64,000 nt of DNA from a bacterium (GCA_021781475.1 JAJXWT010000001.1:17161-81160), one strand, 5' to 3'. Positions 47,376-56,972 are shown, counted from the stretch's first letter. The notes: generated from the letters alone by a model not told the origin. Program-made: numbers and translations.

Positions 47376-48348
47376 ATCCAAGCAAAACACCAAGGCATTC
47401 GCGCAAAGCAAACGGTTGCGTCGCCGGTGGATAACCTTTTTGCGCATGATCCGCTATGGGGTAAACAACTTTAGCCGTAACGCGTGGCTAACTGTTGCGG
47501 CCACTGTGGTTATGACCATTACGCTACTGATTGTCTTTATGGCCGTTGCAGCCCAAAATATTTTAGCTGACACAGCAACAGATGTAGGGCGCCATATCGA
47601 CCGGTCAATCTACCTAAAGACGGGCACCACTGAACAACAGGCTGGTCAAATTATTTCAGACCTTCAACATCTTTCTAATGTTGATTCCGTCACCTTTATT
47701 AGCACCGAGCAAGGGCGGGCGAATTTTGTCCAACAGAACAAAACAGACCCGGGGGCACTGAGCGCGCTCACCGAAGCCACTAATAAAATCCCGGCCACTG
47801 TCCGCATTTCGCTTAAAAACGTGAACGACACAAGCCAACTGATTAACTTTGTGAATACCAACCAGCACCTTAAGCAATACATCGACACCACGCGGCCACC
47901 GACCTTTATGGGCAACCGTAAGTCGGCAATCGATACAATTGCTGCGTGGACCCTTGCCGCCCAGCGCGCCGGTATCGCCGCCAGTGTCATGTTCATGGCG
48001 ATTTCGATGCTGATCATATTTAACACAATCCGCATGGCAATTTTTAACCGCCGCGACGAAATCGAAATGATGAAGCTGATTGGGGCAGACAAAGGCTTTA
48101 TCCGGGGTCCATTTGTGATTGAGGCTATGGTGTACGGCCTGATTGCGGCAATCATTGCCACGGCTGGGGGCTATGCATTATTGCTCGCCGCAAAGCCACA
48201 TGTTGTTAACTGGGGCATCACCATCGCGCCAACCATTACACTCGTGACCACCTACATTGCGTTTGTGCTACTTGCGATGATGATTTTAGGAGCGCTTGTT
48301 GGTATGATTTCATCGCTTTTAGCGACGCGCCGCTACCTAAAAATATAA
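47365..48348 (+). CDS. ftsX: Cell division permease FtsX
   Basis: 4-TM topology, IFNTIRMAIFNRRDEIEMMKLIGA...GPF; start set to ATG 47365. Confidence 0.93.
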   Translation: MANKSKQNTKAFAQSKRLRRRWITFLRMIRYGVNNFSRNAWLTVAATVVMTITLLIVFMAVAAQNILADTATDVGRHIDRSIYLKTGTTEQQAGQIISDLQHLSNVDSVTFISTEQGRANFVQQNKTDPGALSALTEATNKIPATVRISLKNVNDTSQLINFVNTNQHLKQYIDTTRPPTFMGNRKSAIDTIAAWTLAAQRAGIAASVMFMAISMLIIFNTIRMAIFNRRDEIEMMKLIGADKGFIRGPFVIEAMVYGLIAAIIATAGGYALLLAAKPHVVNWGITIAPTITLVTTYIAFVLLAMMILGALVGMISSLLATRRYLKI

Positions 48349-48407
48349 ATATGCATATGTGCGAAATGGGTTGACAAAGCTATAATGCTTGTGGTAAAAT
48401 GAGGCCA

Positions 48408-49595
48408 ATGAAACGACTGTCCACCACACCAGTTTCGAAGGGTAAAGTCACTAAGTCTGCGCTTGTGGCGACGGCCGTCGTGATGGCTATCAGTGGGCCG
48501 TTCACCTTAATGCAGCGCGCGCATGCTGATCAGTACGACAACCAAATTGCTGCACTCCGCCAGCAAATGAGCCAATACCAAAACCAGGCCAACGCGCTTG
48601 GGGCAAAAGCGGCTACGCTACAGGCTGCGCTCGACCAAATCACCGCTCAAAAAAATGCTATTATAGCCCAAATAAATCTGAGCCAAAAACAGTACGACGA
48701 TTTGCAGGCGCAAATTAACGCAACGCAAAAGCAGATTGCCGACAACAAGGATGCGCTTGGCCAAATTATCGCCGACATGTACGTCGATGGCTCAATCACG
48801 CCGCTTGAAATGCTCGCAAGCAGTAAAAACATTGCCGATTACGTTGATCAACAGCAGTACCGTCAATCAATTCAGTCGAACTTATCGCAAACGATCAACC
48901 AAATCAATGCGCTTAAAAGCAAGCTCGAGCAAAGCCAAAAAGATGTTGCTACTGTTATGGAGCAGCAAAAAACACAAAACGCGCAACTTGCCGCCAAAGA
49001 GGCCGAGCAGCAATCGCTCGTGGCTCAAACCAAGGGCGACGAAGCAGCTTACCAGCAACTTGTGAACAACACTCAGTCGCAGATTCAAAGCGCCGCTGCC
49101 CAGCAGCGCGCCTACTACGCATCGCTACAGTCACAGGGTTCAAACTTCGATTCCGGTACGTATGGCAGCTTTGAATATGCTAACTGGAGTGGTAACCAGG
49201 GGTGTGGTGGCGATGGCTACCCATACTGTGGCACCCAAGATTCATACGCAGACCCATGGCAACTCTTAAACCGCGAGTGCGTGAGCTATGGTGCGTGGCG
49301 CATTGACCATGTGTACGGCAAAAACGTGCAGGGCTTTGACGGCTTTGGCATGGCGTACCAGTGGGGCCAAGGTTATGCCAAGGGCGCGACCCGCGTGTAT
49401 GACCCGCAGCCTGGTGACGCTGTTGTGCTCATGCCGATTGCCGGTTTTGCACCTGTTGGGCACCTTATGGTAGTCGAAAGCGTGAACGGCGACTGGGTAC
49501 ACGTGAGCCAGTACAACTTCCTTGGTACCGGCGAATACAGCACTATGGACATCAAAAAAACTGGCGTTATATTTTTGCGATTCCCAAGCAAGTAA
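48408..49595 (+). CDS. Coiled-coil + CHAP peptidoglycan hydrolase (PcsB/CwlO-like)
   Basis: Signal peptide, long Q-rich coiled coil, RECVSYGAW (Cys) and GHLMVVE (His); start likely ATG 48408 after TTGACA-18-TAAAAT. Confidence 0.88.
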   Translation: MKRLSTTPVSKGKVTKSALVATAVVMAISGPFTLMQRAHADQYDNQIAALRQQMSQYQNQANALGAKAATLQAALDQITAQKNAIIAQINLSQKQYDDLQAQINATQKQIADNKDALGQIIADMYVDGSITPLEMLASSKNIADYVDQQQYRQSIQSNLSQTINQINALKSKLEQSQKDVATVMEQQKTQNAQLAAKEAEQQSLVAQTKGDEAAYQQLVNNTQSQIQSAAAQQRAYYASLQSQGSNFDSGTYGSFEYANWSGNQGCGGDGYPYCGTQDSYADPWQLLNRECVSYGAWRIDHVYGKNVQGFDGFGMAYQWGQGYAKGATRVYDPQPGDAVVLMPIAGFAPVGHLMVVESVNGDWVHVSQYNFLGTGEYSTMDIKKTGVIFLRFPSK

Positions 49596-49692
49596 GCCGT
49601 TTTACCAATATAGTACTTACGCATAAAATACCGCACATGGTCGCAATGTGCGGTATAATTTAATAAGCACTTAATGACAGAATAGGGAACAC

Positions 49693-50910
49693 GTGGCACA
49701 ACAACACAGCACACAATCACATGCCGTGCGCAGCACTATGGGCGCTAAAACGGGCGTTAGCAGGCCTATTTTTATTGTCGGCCTGGCAATCATGGCCGTT
49801 ATTGGCTATGTTGTCGGCAGCAACTCACAATACCTTCTGTCGTACGCAACTGGCGTAAAAATGTCCAGCCAAACTATCGATTTATCATCGGTCGAGCAAA
49901 CCTACCAGCTGCTTAAGGCAAACTATGATGGTACACTCGATACGCAAAAGCTGATTGACGGCGCAAGCCGTGGGTTAGTGGCGGCGGCCGGTGATAAATT
50001 TACGGTGTTTATGGACGCCCAAGAAACTAAAGCGTTCCAAAACGATCTATCAGGCCAGGTCAGCGGCATTGGTGCGGCAATTGGCACACGCTCCTCGGCT
50101 ATCACCCTGGTGCGCATTATTCCAAACTCGCCAGCCGAGCAGGCGGGCCTTAAGGCGGGCGATGAGCTTGTGGCGATTAATGGCCAAACGGTTAAAAATA
50201 TGACCGTTGACCAAGCAGTCACAAAAATTCGCGGTCCGTCGGGCACATCAGTTAAGCTTACAATTCAGCGTGGCCAAGCCACCAAAGATTACACCATTAC
50301 GCGCGCTAATGTCAGCGACCCAAGTGTACGTTCTGAAGTTAAAAATAACATTGGTATTTTAACCATTACGCGTTTTGATACCGATACCGCTGATTTAGCA
50401 CGCCAGGCGGCGCTCGCGTTTAAGCAGCAAAATGTAAAAGGCGTGATTGTAGACCTCCGCGACAATGGCGGTGGCTATGCGAGCGCCGGCCGCGACGTCG
50501 CCGGCCTGTGGCTGGCTAACCAGGTGATTTTCACGGAGCGCCAGGGCGGTGCAATCGTTGACACCGAAAAATCAAGCGGCAGCGCACCACTTGCGGGCAT
50601 AAAAACAGTCGTACTGGTAAATGGCGGCACGGCGAGCGCAAGTGAAATCGTGTCGGGCGCTTTGCAAGAATCGGGCGCGGCGACGCTGCTGGGCGAACAA
50701 ACCTACGGCAAGGGCTCGGTGCAGCAAATAATCGATCTGTCGGGCGGCCGTACGCTAAAGGTTACGGTTGCAAAATGGTACACGCCAAAAGGTAACAATG
50801 TGAACGGCAAAGGCCTTACGCCCAACAAGGTAGTTCCAATGACCGCTGCCGATAGTAACGCAGGGCGCGACCCGCAGCTTGACGCCGCGATGGCGCAACT
50901 TGGGGCATAG
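49693..50910 (+). CDS. S41 carboxy-terminal processing protease (CtpA-like)
   Basis: PDZ (GIGAAI), DLRDNGGG, TASASEIV, TYGKGSVQ. Confidence 0.93.
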   Translation: MAQQHSTQSHAVRSTMGAKTGVSRPIFIVGLAIMAVIGYVVGSNSQYLLSYATGVKMSSQTIDLSSVEQTYQLLKANYDGTLDTQKLIDGASRGLVAAAGDKFTVFMDAQETKAFQNDLSGQVSGIGAAIGTRSSAITLVRIIPNSPAEQAGLKAGDELVAINGQTVKNMTVDQAVTKIRGPSGTSVKLTIQRGQATKDYTITRANVSDPSVRSEVKNNIGILTITRFDTDTADLARQAALAFKQQNVKGVIVDLRDNGGGYASAGRDVAGLWLANQVIFTERQGGAIVDTEKSSGSAPLAGIKTVVLVNGGTASASEIVSGALQESGAATLLGEQTYGKGSVQQIIDLSGGRTLKVTVAKWYTPKGNNVNGKGLTPNKVVPMTAADSNAGRDPQLDAAMAQLGA

Positions 50911-50952
50911 CGCTTGTGTTTCCGGTAAATAGCGGGGTATAATAGGGGCTAT

Positions 50953-51363
50953 ATGGATGCAAAAAAGAAAATCTTGCTAGTCGAAGACGACGTATCGCTT
51001 TCTAGCGTGTACCACGCCCGGCTGGAGCTCGAAGGCTTTGAGGTTCACGATGTGTCAGACGGCGAGAACGCGCTGAGCGCAGCCGTTCAATTTAAGCCAG
51101 ACCTTATTTTGCTTGACGCCATGATGCCAAAGATTAGCGGCTTTGACGTACTTGATATCTTGCGTAATACCCCCGAAACAGCCAATATCCGCATTATTAT
51201 GCTGACAGCCCTAAGCCAGCCAAAAGACAAAGAGCGCGCCGAACAGCTTGGCGTAGATGATTACCTTGTTAAGTCGCAAGTAGTTATTAGCGATGTTGTC
51301 GAGCGCATCCGCCACCACCTTGGTGTCGAGATAACCCCCCAAAACCCAACTACGCAGTACTAA
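50953..51363 (+). CDS. Stand-alone response regulator receiver domain
   Basis: ILLVEDD, LILLDAMMP, IMLTA, DDYLVK. Confidence 0.93.
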   Translation: MDAKKKILLVEDDVSLSSVYHARLELEGFEVHDVSDGENALSAAVQFKPDLILLDAMMPKISGFDVLDILRNTPETANIRIIMLTALSQPKDKERAEQLGVDDYLVKSQVVISDVVERIRHHLGVEITPQNPTTQY

Positions 51364-51389
51364 GTACATTTTGCATTAGCATAAGCGTA

Positions 51390-51418
51390 TTGACAAATGC
51401 GCAATTTTTTGCTATATT
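51390..51418 (+). promoter_or_regulatory. Sigma70-type promoter of the 51448/Fic locus
   Basis: TTGACA-17 bp-TATATT. Confidence 0.7.
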
Positions 51419-51447
51419 GTTGGTAACAGTATAAAGGAACACAAACA

Positions 51448-51750
51448 ATGACACACCAGACACCAGATATGATTCAGGTACCAGTGACCAAAGCAGCCGA
51501 CGAAGGGCAAATCGTGCCGGTTAGTTCTCCAGAGATGATTACGGAAATACCCGCTAGCACGCAGCAAGAACTTGGTGGGGCAGCGGCTAGGCTCGCAAGC
51601 TCTGCCGAGCCTATGATTGAGCACGTGCCGGGTTACCAGGGACCAATAGTGACTACCCGCGAAGCTGCGGCAGCACAGATAGCCAAGGCGGTAGCTGCAA
51701 GCGACCAGGCTCAACCAGTTGTCCAATTTGGCGGTATTCCAAGGACCTAG
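51448..51750 (+). CDS. Hypothetical protein (low complexity, A/P/Q/E-rich)
   Basis: 100-aa ORF after the promoter and AAAGGA. Confidence 0.55.
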   Translation: MTHQTPDMIQVPVTKAADEGQIVPVSSPEMITEIPASTQQELGGAAARLASSAEPMIEHVPGYQGPIVTTREAAAAQIAKAVAASDQAQPVVQFGGIPRT

Positions 51751-51792
51751 CGTTTAAGATACTAATTCATTTTCAGGCAGATTTGCACTAAT

Positions 51793-52518
51793 ATGACAGG
51801 TGAAACAACAGCCTCAGTTGCAACGAGCAACGGGTATGAAATTCAAAACCCGACAGAAAAGATGGATGCCCAGCAGCTCCGGGCAATGCTTTCTGACGAG
51901 TTCCACATTGGCGGTAGTAGTTCACGTGAGCGGCTTGAGCAGCTAAAACAACTTTCCCATGAGGGTATTGCGATTATGCTTGAGGCTATTAACAAAGGAC
52001 TTCAGGGCTCAGAAGATTCACTGATGAACCACGATAGCGCAATGCGGTTGTTTGATGCAGCTGGCAATGTAGCCGCGGTGACGCTTGCTCCGGAGGACCG
52101 ATATGATGTGTTTGTTTCAATGATTGATGGTATCAAGGCGGCGCCTGATGATATTAACCCGGCGCGCGTTGCGGATACGCTTGCTCTTGGGACTGTTTTG
52201 CTTCACCCGTTTCATGACGGAAATGGGCGTACGGCACGCGTTGTTGCGTCGCTATTTCGTGAAAGTTATGACAATGCCGCCGAGTATGCTGATGATTTTC
52301 AAGTGTTGACGGAGTCTCGGGATGCTGTACGCGCACGGGGTGGTTTTGTGATCAACGGGTATACACCGCACCTCCCAGAGGGTGCAGATCAATCTAATCC
52401 TGATGATGTAAAGACATATTTGCACACGCTTCTTACCGAAGAGGGTAGTGATTCCCTTTATACTGGCTGCTATGGAAAAGTTCCCTTAAAAATAGGGGCT
52501 GTAGAAGGCGGCCACTAA
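51793..52518 (+). CDS. Fic domain protein (putative AMP transferase)
   Basis: Canonical Fic motif HPFHDGNGRTAR. Confidence 0.88.
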   Translation: MTGETTASVATSNGYEIQNPTEKMDAQQLRAMLSDEFHIGGSSSRERLEQLKQLSHEGIAIMLEAINKGLQGSEDSLMNHDSAMRLFDAAGNVAAVTLAPEDRYDVFVSMIDGIKAAPDDINPARVADTLALGTVLLHPFHDGNGRTARVVASLFRESYDNAAEYADDFQVLTESRDAVRARGGFVINGYTPHLPEGADQSNPDDVKTYLHTLLTEEGSDSLYTGCYGKVPLKIGAVEGGH

Positions 52519-52544
52519 AAAAGCTCCCGGTTGGGAGCTTTTTT
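52517..52544. terminator. Bidirectional terminator between Fic and rpmA
   Basis: AAAAAAGCTCCC-GGTT-GGGAGCTTTTTT. Confidence 0.88.
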
Positions 52545-52560
52545 AAGTGCAAAAACTACT

Positions 52561-52833
52561 TTATTCAACCACGACTTGGGTGCGGCGGGTTGTTTTGCCA
52601 GTAAACAGACCTTTTTTGATCTTGTTGAAGGCAACGGTGCCTGCTTGTGCGGCGTGGATAGTGAAGTTGCGGCTCATGTAGGTGCCGGGGCCGGCTAATT
52701 TGGTCGCGCCAGTTTGGCGGACTAAGACTTCGCCTGCGTTCACTTTTTGGCCACCAAAGCGCTTGACGCCCAGGCGAGCGCCGGCGTTGTTGTGGACGTT
52801 CTTGCTTGAACCACCTGCTTTAACGTGTGACAT
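52561..52833 (-). CDS. rpmA: 50S ribosomal protein L27
   Basis: SHVKAGGSSKN, RLGVKRFGGQ.V.AG.VLVRQ.G. Confidence 0.96.
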   Translation of the reverse strand: MSHVKAGGSSKNVHNNAGARLGVKRFGGQKVNAGEVLVRQTGATKLAGPGTYMSRNFTIHAAQAGTVAFNKIKKGLFTGKTTRRTQVVVE

Positions 52834-52908
52834 ATAACTCCTTTAACTAATAAAACAATCTGTTTAATTGTACGCTAGAATAGGCAAAAAATCAACAGTC
52901 TTTTACTG

Positions 52909-54069
52909 TTAAACCTTGGTGAGTACCAACAGTTCGCGGGCCACGACCTGTGTTTCGCGGTAATACAGTAAATCTTCGGGCTGTACGGTCTTAAAATCGA
53001 CACGCTTGTAGCCCAGTTCGGCCAGGTGTTGGATAAGGGGGAGGTGGGTAAACGAGCCGCTTGCACTGCGCCAGGCCGGCACCGCCAAGCAAAGTGGCGT
53101 ACCGCTAGCGAGCTGGGGTGCAATGTTTTGTAAAAAGTCGTTGACAATGTGGTTGCAGTTGTCGCGCACGGCGGCGAGCTTTTCGGGCTTTGGCGGCGCG
53201 CTAAAGGGCTGGCCAAGGTAGGTTTCGCTCACAACGGCGTCAACGGGGGGCGCCCAGCGGTTTGACATGGCATCGGCCTGGTAAATAGGGCCAATCGTGC
53301 CACGGGGCTGCTGCTTACCTGTAAACCAGTCTAAATTTTTAGTGGTGTAGTCGACCATTTTGTCGCTTAAATCCGTGCCAGCCACGGTAAAACCGTCTAG
53401 CAAGGCCTCTTGCAGCACGACGCCAGTGCCACAGAACGGATCAAGCAGTGTGCCACCTGGGGCACCGCTTAGGTTAATCATAATGCGAGCAAGCTTTGGT
53501 GGCAGCATGCCAACGAACGCATCGGTGTGTGGTCGTGCCTGGTCGCGGGCGGCAAAGCTGGTAATATTTTGCGCACCAACGCTTTCAGCGACCATTATGG
53601 CGCCGTTGCCAGCGCGAACGGCAATGATTTCAATTTTGTTGGCTACCTGGCCGAGTTTGTTATGGTGGGAAGCCGCGGTATTGAGGGCTGGGTAATCATT
53701 GGGGACAAGCCGCAATGATACGCCTGCTTTTTTGAGGTGTTGTTTTAGCAGGATGCCGCCTTTTTGCACATCGCGGTTGGTAGTTTTAAAGCCGTAGGCG
53801 CTGATACCAAAGGTGATTTTGCCAGTGCTTTTAGCGAGGCTGGCGGTATAATGTTCGACAATTGCGCTGCTTGCATCGCGCCAGTTGCCATTAAGCTCCA
53901 TGACCACCCTGCCGCCCTTAAGGCTCCCGCCCAACCGATCAAAATCGAATGTAGCAGTAGTCACAACGGCGGATTCATTACTGAACCATTTTACTGCGCC
54001 ACCCCCATAGATTCGCTCGAGCTCAGCGATGCCGAGCGATGGCTGCCTACCCAAAATAGTAATAAACAT
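52909..54069 (-). CDS. Trm11/TrmG10-like class I SAM-dependent (RNA) methyltransferase
   Basis: RDQARP, MLPPKLARIMINL, LLDPFCGTG, VVSETYLG. Confidence 0.75.
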   Translation of the reverse strand: MFITILGRQPSLGIAELERIYGGGAVKWFSNESAVVTTATFDFDRLGGSLKGGRVVMELNGNWRDASSAIVEHYTASLAKSTGKITFGISAYGFKTTNRDVQKGGILLKQHLKKAGVSLRLVPNDYPALNTAASHHNKLGQVANKIEIIAVRAGNGAIMVAESVGAQNITSFAARDQARPHTDAFVGMLPPKLARIMINLSGAPGGTLLDPFCGTGVVLQEALLDGFTVAGTDLSDKMVDYTTKNLDWFTGKQQPRGTIGPIYQADAMSNRWAPPVDAVVSETYLGQPFSAPPKPEKLAAVRDNCNHIVNDFLQNIAPQLASGTPLCLAVPAWRSASGSFTHLPLIQHLAELGYKRVDFKTVQPEDLLYYRETQVVARELLVLTKV

Positions 54070-54078
54070 ATGTGAACT

Positions 54079-54090
54079 TAGTATATACTA
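54079..54090. promoter_or_regulatory. Palindromic bidirectional -10 element
   Basis: TAGTATATACTA gives TATACT on both strands, 10 nt and 6 nt from the two divergent ATGs (54069, 54096). Confidence 0.65.
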
Positions 54091-54095
54091 ATACT

Positions 54096-55160
54096 ATGTC
54101 AGAACGAAGGGGTATGTCCGGACGGACGATAGTCAGTGTTGTTACGTTAGTGCTTGTAGGGGCTGTGCTATATGGAGCGCGCCATTCTGTGGCGAAAGCC
54201 TGGGGGCTAATTGGCCAGGTAGACCCATGGATATTGTCGTTGGTAATACCGACGGTATTGCTGAGTTATTTTGGAACCGGTGGTATGATTTTTTCGTACT
54301 TGCGGCAAAAAAAGATCATTGATCATTTACGGGTGTCTACTATGATGCGCATTAGCCTAGAGCTAAACTTTGTAAACCACGTACTGCCAAGCGGTGGTGC
54401 GAGCGGCGTGGCGTATTTTAACTGGCGGCTAGGTAAGCAAGGTGTAAGCAATGCACGTTCAACAATGGCGCAGGCCGTGCGGTATATCGCTGGGTTTGCA
54501 TCAATCACGGTGTTGCTACTTGTTGGGTTGGTGGCTGTCACGATTGATGGCACGGTGAACCGTTGGCTCATTTTAATGAGCGCGGGGCTTGTAATCGCAA
54601 TGCTTGTTGGGACTTTTGTGCTGTACTACGTAATAAGCGATCGGGGCCGTATGGACAAAATGTCGGCTTGGGTCACCAAGACAGTGAATGCACTTGTCGC
54701 GCGCGTGACGCTTGGCAAAAAGACCGCTATTCTGGAGCCCGCAGTGATCGATGGTTTTTTTGCGGACTTGCACCAAGACTACCTAGAGCTTGCCAGTAAC
54801 AAGCGGTTGCTTATTCAGCCAATATTGTGGGGGATTTTATATACCGTTATGGATGTGGCGATGTTTTGGGTGACGTTTTGGTCGTTTGGCGTGTACGTGA
54901 ACCCCGCGACAATTTTGATTGCTTACAACGTTGCGGCGGCGGCAGGCTTTTTGGTTGCAACCCCTGGTGGCGTGGGCGCCTACGAAGCATTGATGGTGTT
55001 GGTGATTGCAATGAGTGGTGTCGATGGCGGAACTGCGCTGGCCGGTATATTGCTGGCCCGTACAATAATTTTGTTCGTTACGATAGTAGGTGGATACATT
55101 TTTTACCAAAGGGCAATTATGCAGTATGGAACACCAAAGCAGCTTGAATCCGATTTTTAG
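54096..55160 (+). CDS. Lysylphosphatidylglycerol-synthase TM-domain (UPF0104/flippase-like) membrane protein
   Basis: Multi-TM, NHVLPSGGASG, TPGGVGAYE; start set to ATG 54096. Confidence 0.85.
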   Translation: MSERRGMSGRTIVSVVTLVLVGAVLYGARHSVAKAWGLIGQVDPWILSLVIPTVLLSYFGTGGMIFSYLRQKKIIDHLRVSTMMRISLELNFVNHVLPSGGASGVAYFNWRLGKQGVSNARSTMAQAVRYIAGFASITVLLLVGLVAVTIDGTVNRWLILMSAGLVIAMLVGTFVLYYVISDRGRMDKMSAWVTKTVNALVARVTLGKKTAILEPAVIDGFFADLHQDYLELASNKRLLIQPILWGILYTVMDVAMFWVTFWSFGVYVNPATILIAYNVAAAAGFLVATPGGVGAYEALMVLVIAMSGVDGGTALAGILLARTIILFVTIVGGYIFYQRAIMQYGTPKQLESDF

Positions 55161-56238
55161 CGTAAGCGATTTTATTGCAAGCGTGAACCAGACGTTTGAA
55201 TATGCATACCCAGTGGTGGATGTGGTGGGCGAGGTAATGAGCTTTAAAGTTAACCAGGGTAAGTTTGTGTTTTTTGACCTTAAAGATAGCGGCGGGAGTA
55301 TTGGGTGCTTTATGACCGTATGGCAGCTACGCACGCCGATTGAAGATGGCATGAAAGTGGTGGTGCGCGCGACCGCTAAGCTTACGCAGTGGGGTAAGTT
55401 TAGCCTTACGGTGCAGTCTGTGCGTCCAAGTGGGGCAGGGAGTATAAAAAAGAGCTATGAGCTATTAAAGCAAAAGCTTGAGCGCGAAGGTCTGTTTGCG
55501 CCCGAACGTAAACGGCTTTTACCCCAGATGCCGCACCACATTGCCGTGGTGAGTAGCACGGCGGCGGCAGGGTATGCTGACTTTGTTAAAATCGTTGGCG
55601 ACCGTTGGGGCGGCCTGCAGATCGACGTCGCGCATACACAGGTGCAGGGCCAAGATGCCGCCGACCAGATGATACGCGCAATTCGCTATTTTAACGAGCA
55701 AGAAACCCTTGCCGAAGTGCTGGTGCTGGTTCGCGGCGGGGGCAGCGCCGATGATTTGAGTTGTTTTAACGATGAGCGCTTAGTGCGCGAAATCGCGGCA
55801 AGCCGCATTCCGACACTTGTAGGCGTTGGGCATGAGGTAGATGAAACGCTTGCTGAGTTTGCGGCCGATGTGCGCGCAGCAACACCAAGCAATGCCGCCC
55901 AAATTATCGTGCCCGATAAACGTGAAATTGTGGCAGATACCCAGCACGTTGTCGCCTTAATCGCCGAAAAGATATATGCACGGATTGACGAGATTTCGGC
56001 GCAGGTTGCCGTGGCGCTTTTAGGCCTCGGTCGACTTTGTGTGCAAAATTACGAGCACACAGTCGAGCGGGTCGCGGCAATGGGTTCTGTGTTAAGCGCG
56101 TACAACCCAACTGCAGTTTTGCAACGGGGCTATGCTATTGTGCGGGGTGCGGCTACAATTGGATCACAGATTACAATCACGACGTACAGTAATGAAATAA
56201 CGGCGGAGGTACAACATGTCGAAGCAAGAAAAGGGTAA
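55126..56238 (+). CDS. xseA: Exodeoxyribonuclease VII large subunit
   Basis: FSVSDF, VFFDLKD, RGGGSADDL, GVGHEVD..L...AD.RAATPS. Confidence 0.95.
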   Translation: MEHQSSLNPIFSVSDFIASVNQTFEYAYPVVDVVGEVMSFKVNQGKFVFFDLKDSGGSIGCFMTVWQLRTPIEDGMKVVVRATAKLTQWGKFSLTVQSVRPSGAGSIKKSYELLKQKLEREGLFAPERKRLLPQMPHHIAVVSSTAAAGYADFVKIVGDRWGGLQIDVAHTQVQGQDAADQMIRAIRYFNEQETLAEVLVLVRGGGSADDLSCFNDERLVREIAASRIPTLVGVGHEVDETLAEFAADVRAATPSNAAQIIVPDKREIVADTQHVVALIAEKIYARIDEISAQVAVALLGLGRLCVQNYEHTVERVAAMGSVLSAYNPTAVLQRGYAIVRGAATIGSQITITTYSNEITAEVQHVEARKG

Positions 56239-56431
56239 TATTAACGAAAAGATTGCAGCCTTAAATGAGTACCTTGAGTGGTTTAATGGTGACGATTTTA
56301 CGCTTGAACAATCAATCGAAAAATATAACGAGGCAAAAAAGCTGGCCGACGAAATACAAGCCAACTTGGCAGAGCTTAAGAACGAAATTACGGTAGTTGA
56401 AAAACGCTTCGACACCGATACGGAGTCGTAA
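56216..56431 (+). CDS. xseB: Exodeoxyribonuclease VII small subunit
   Basis: 71 aa, LEQSIEKYNEAKKL; coupled to xseA. Confidence 0.85.
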   Translation: MSKQEKGNINEKIAALNEYLEWFNGDDFTLEQSIEKYNEAKKLADEIQANLAELKNEITVVEKRFDTDTES

Positions 56432-56433
56432 AA

Positions 56434-56964
56434 ATGTTTACAAGCGGCGCTATTATTGTGGCGTTGATTATCGTTGCGGCGGGCTTTACAGCATTATTTG
56501 GCGCGCCATATGTCCCCTCAAAACGAAAAGATATACGGCAAGCGTTTACCGCACTGTATCCGTTAACGGCGCGGGACACACTTGTTGACCTTGGCTCTGG
56601 CGATGGCACCGTGCTGCGCGTCGCGCGCGAATTTGGTGCGACGGCAGTGGGGTATGAGCTCCACCCAGTGCTGACGCTTATTAGCCGTATGTTAGCGCGG
56701 GGCGATAAAAAACAAATTGTTCAACAGGCAAACTATTGGCGCGTACAGTTCCCAGGCCAGACCACAGTTGTGTATGCTTTTAGTGATGGCCGGGACATAC
56801 AAAAAACGTATCAGCTTGTGCAGCGACAGGCAACTCACCTTGGTCGTGCGCTGGTCCTTATTACCTACGGGTTTGCGGTGCCAGGCGTGGCGGCACATGC
56901 GACCCACCGGGCCTATTTTTTATATACAGTGCAGCCTTGCGGTGAGGCGGCGGCGCACGTATAA
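56434..56964 (+). CDS. Membrane-anchored class I SAM-dependent methyltransferase
   Basis: N-terminal TM, GAPYVPS, VDLGSGDG, GYELHP. Confidence 0.8.
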   Translation: MFTSGAIIVALIIVAAGFTALFGAPYVPSKRKDIRQAFTALYPLTARDTLVDLGSGDGTVLRVAREFGATAVGYELHPVLTLISRMLARGDKKQIVQQANYWRVQFPGQTTVVYAFSDGRDIQKTYQLVQRQATHLGRALVLITYGFAVPGVAAHATHRAYFLYTVQPCGEAAAHV

Positions 56965-56972
56965 TAAGCAGT

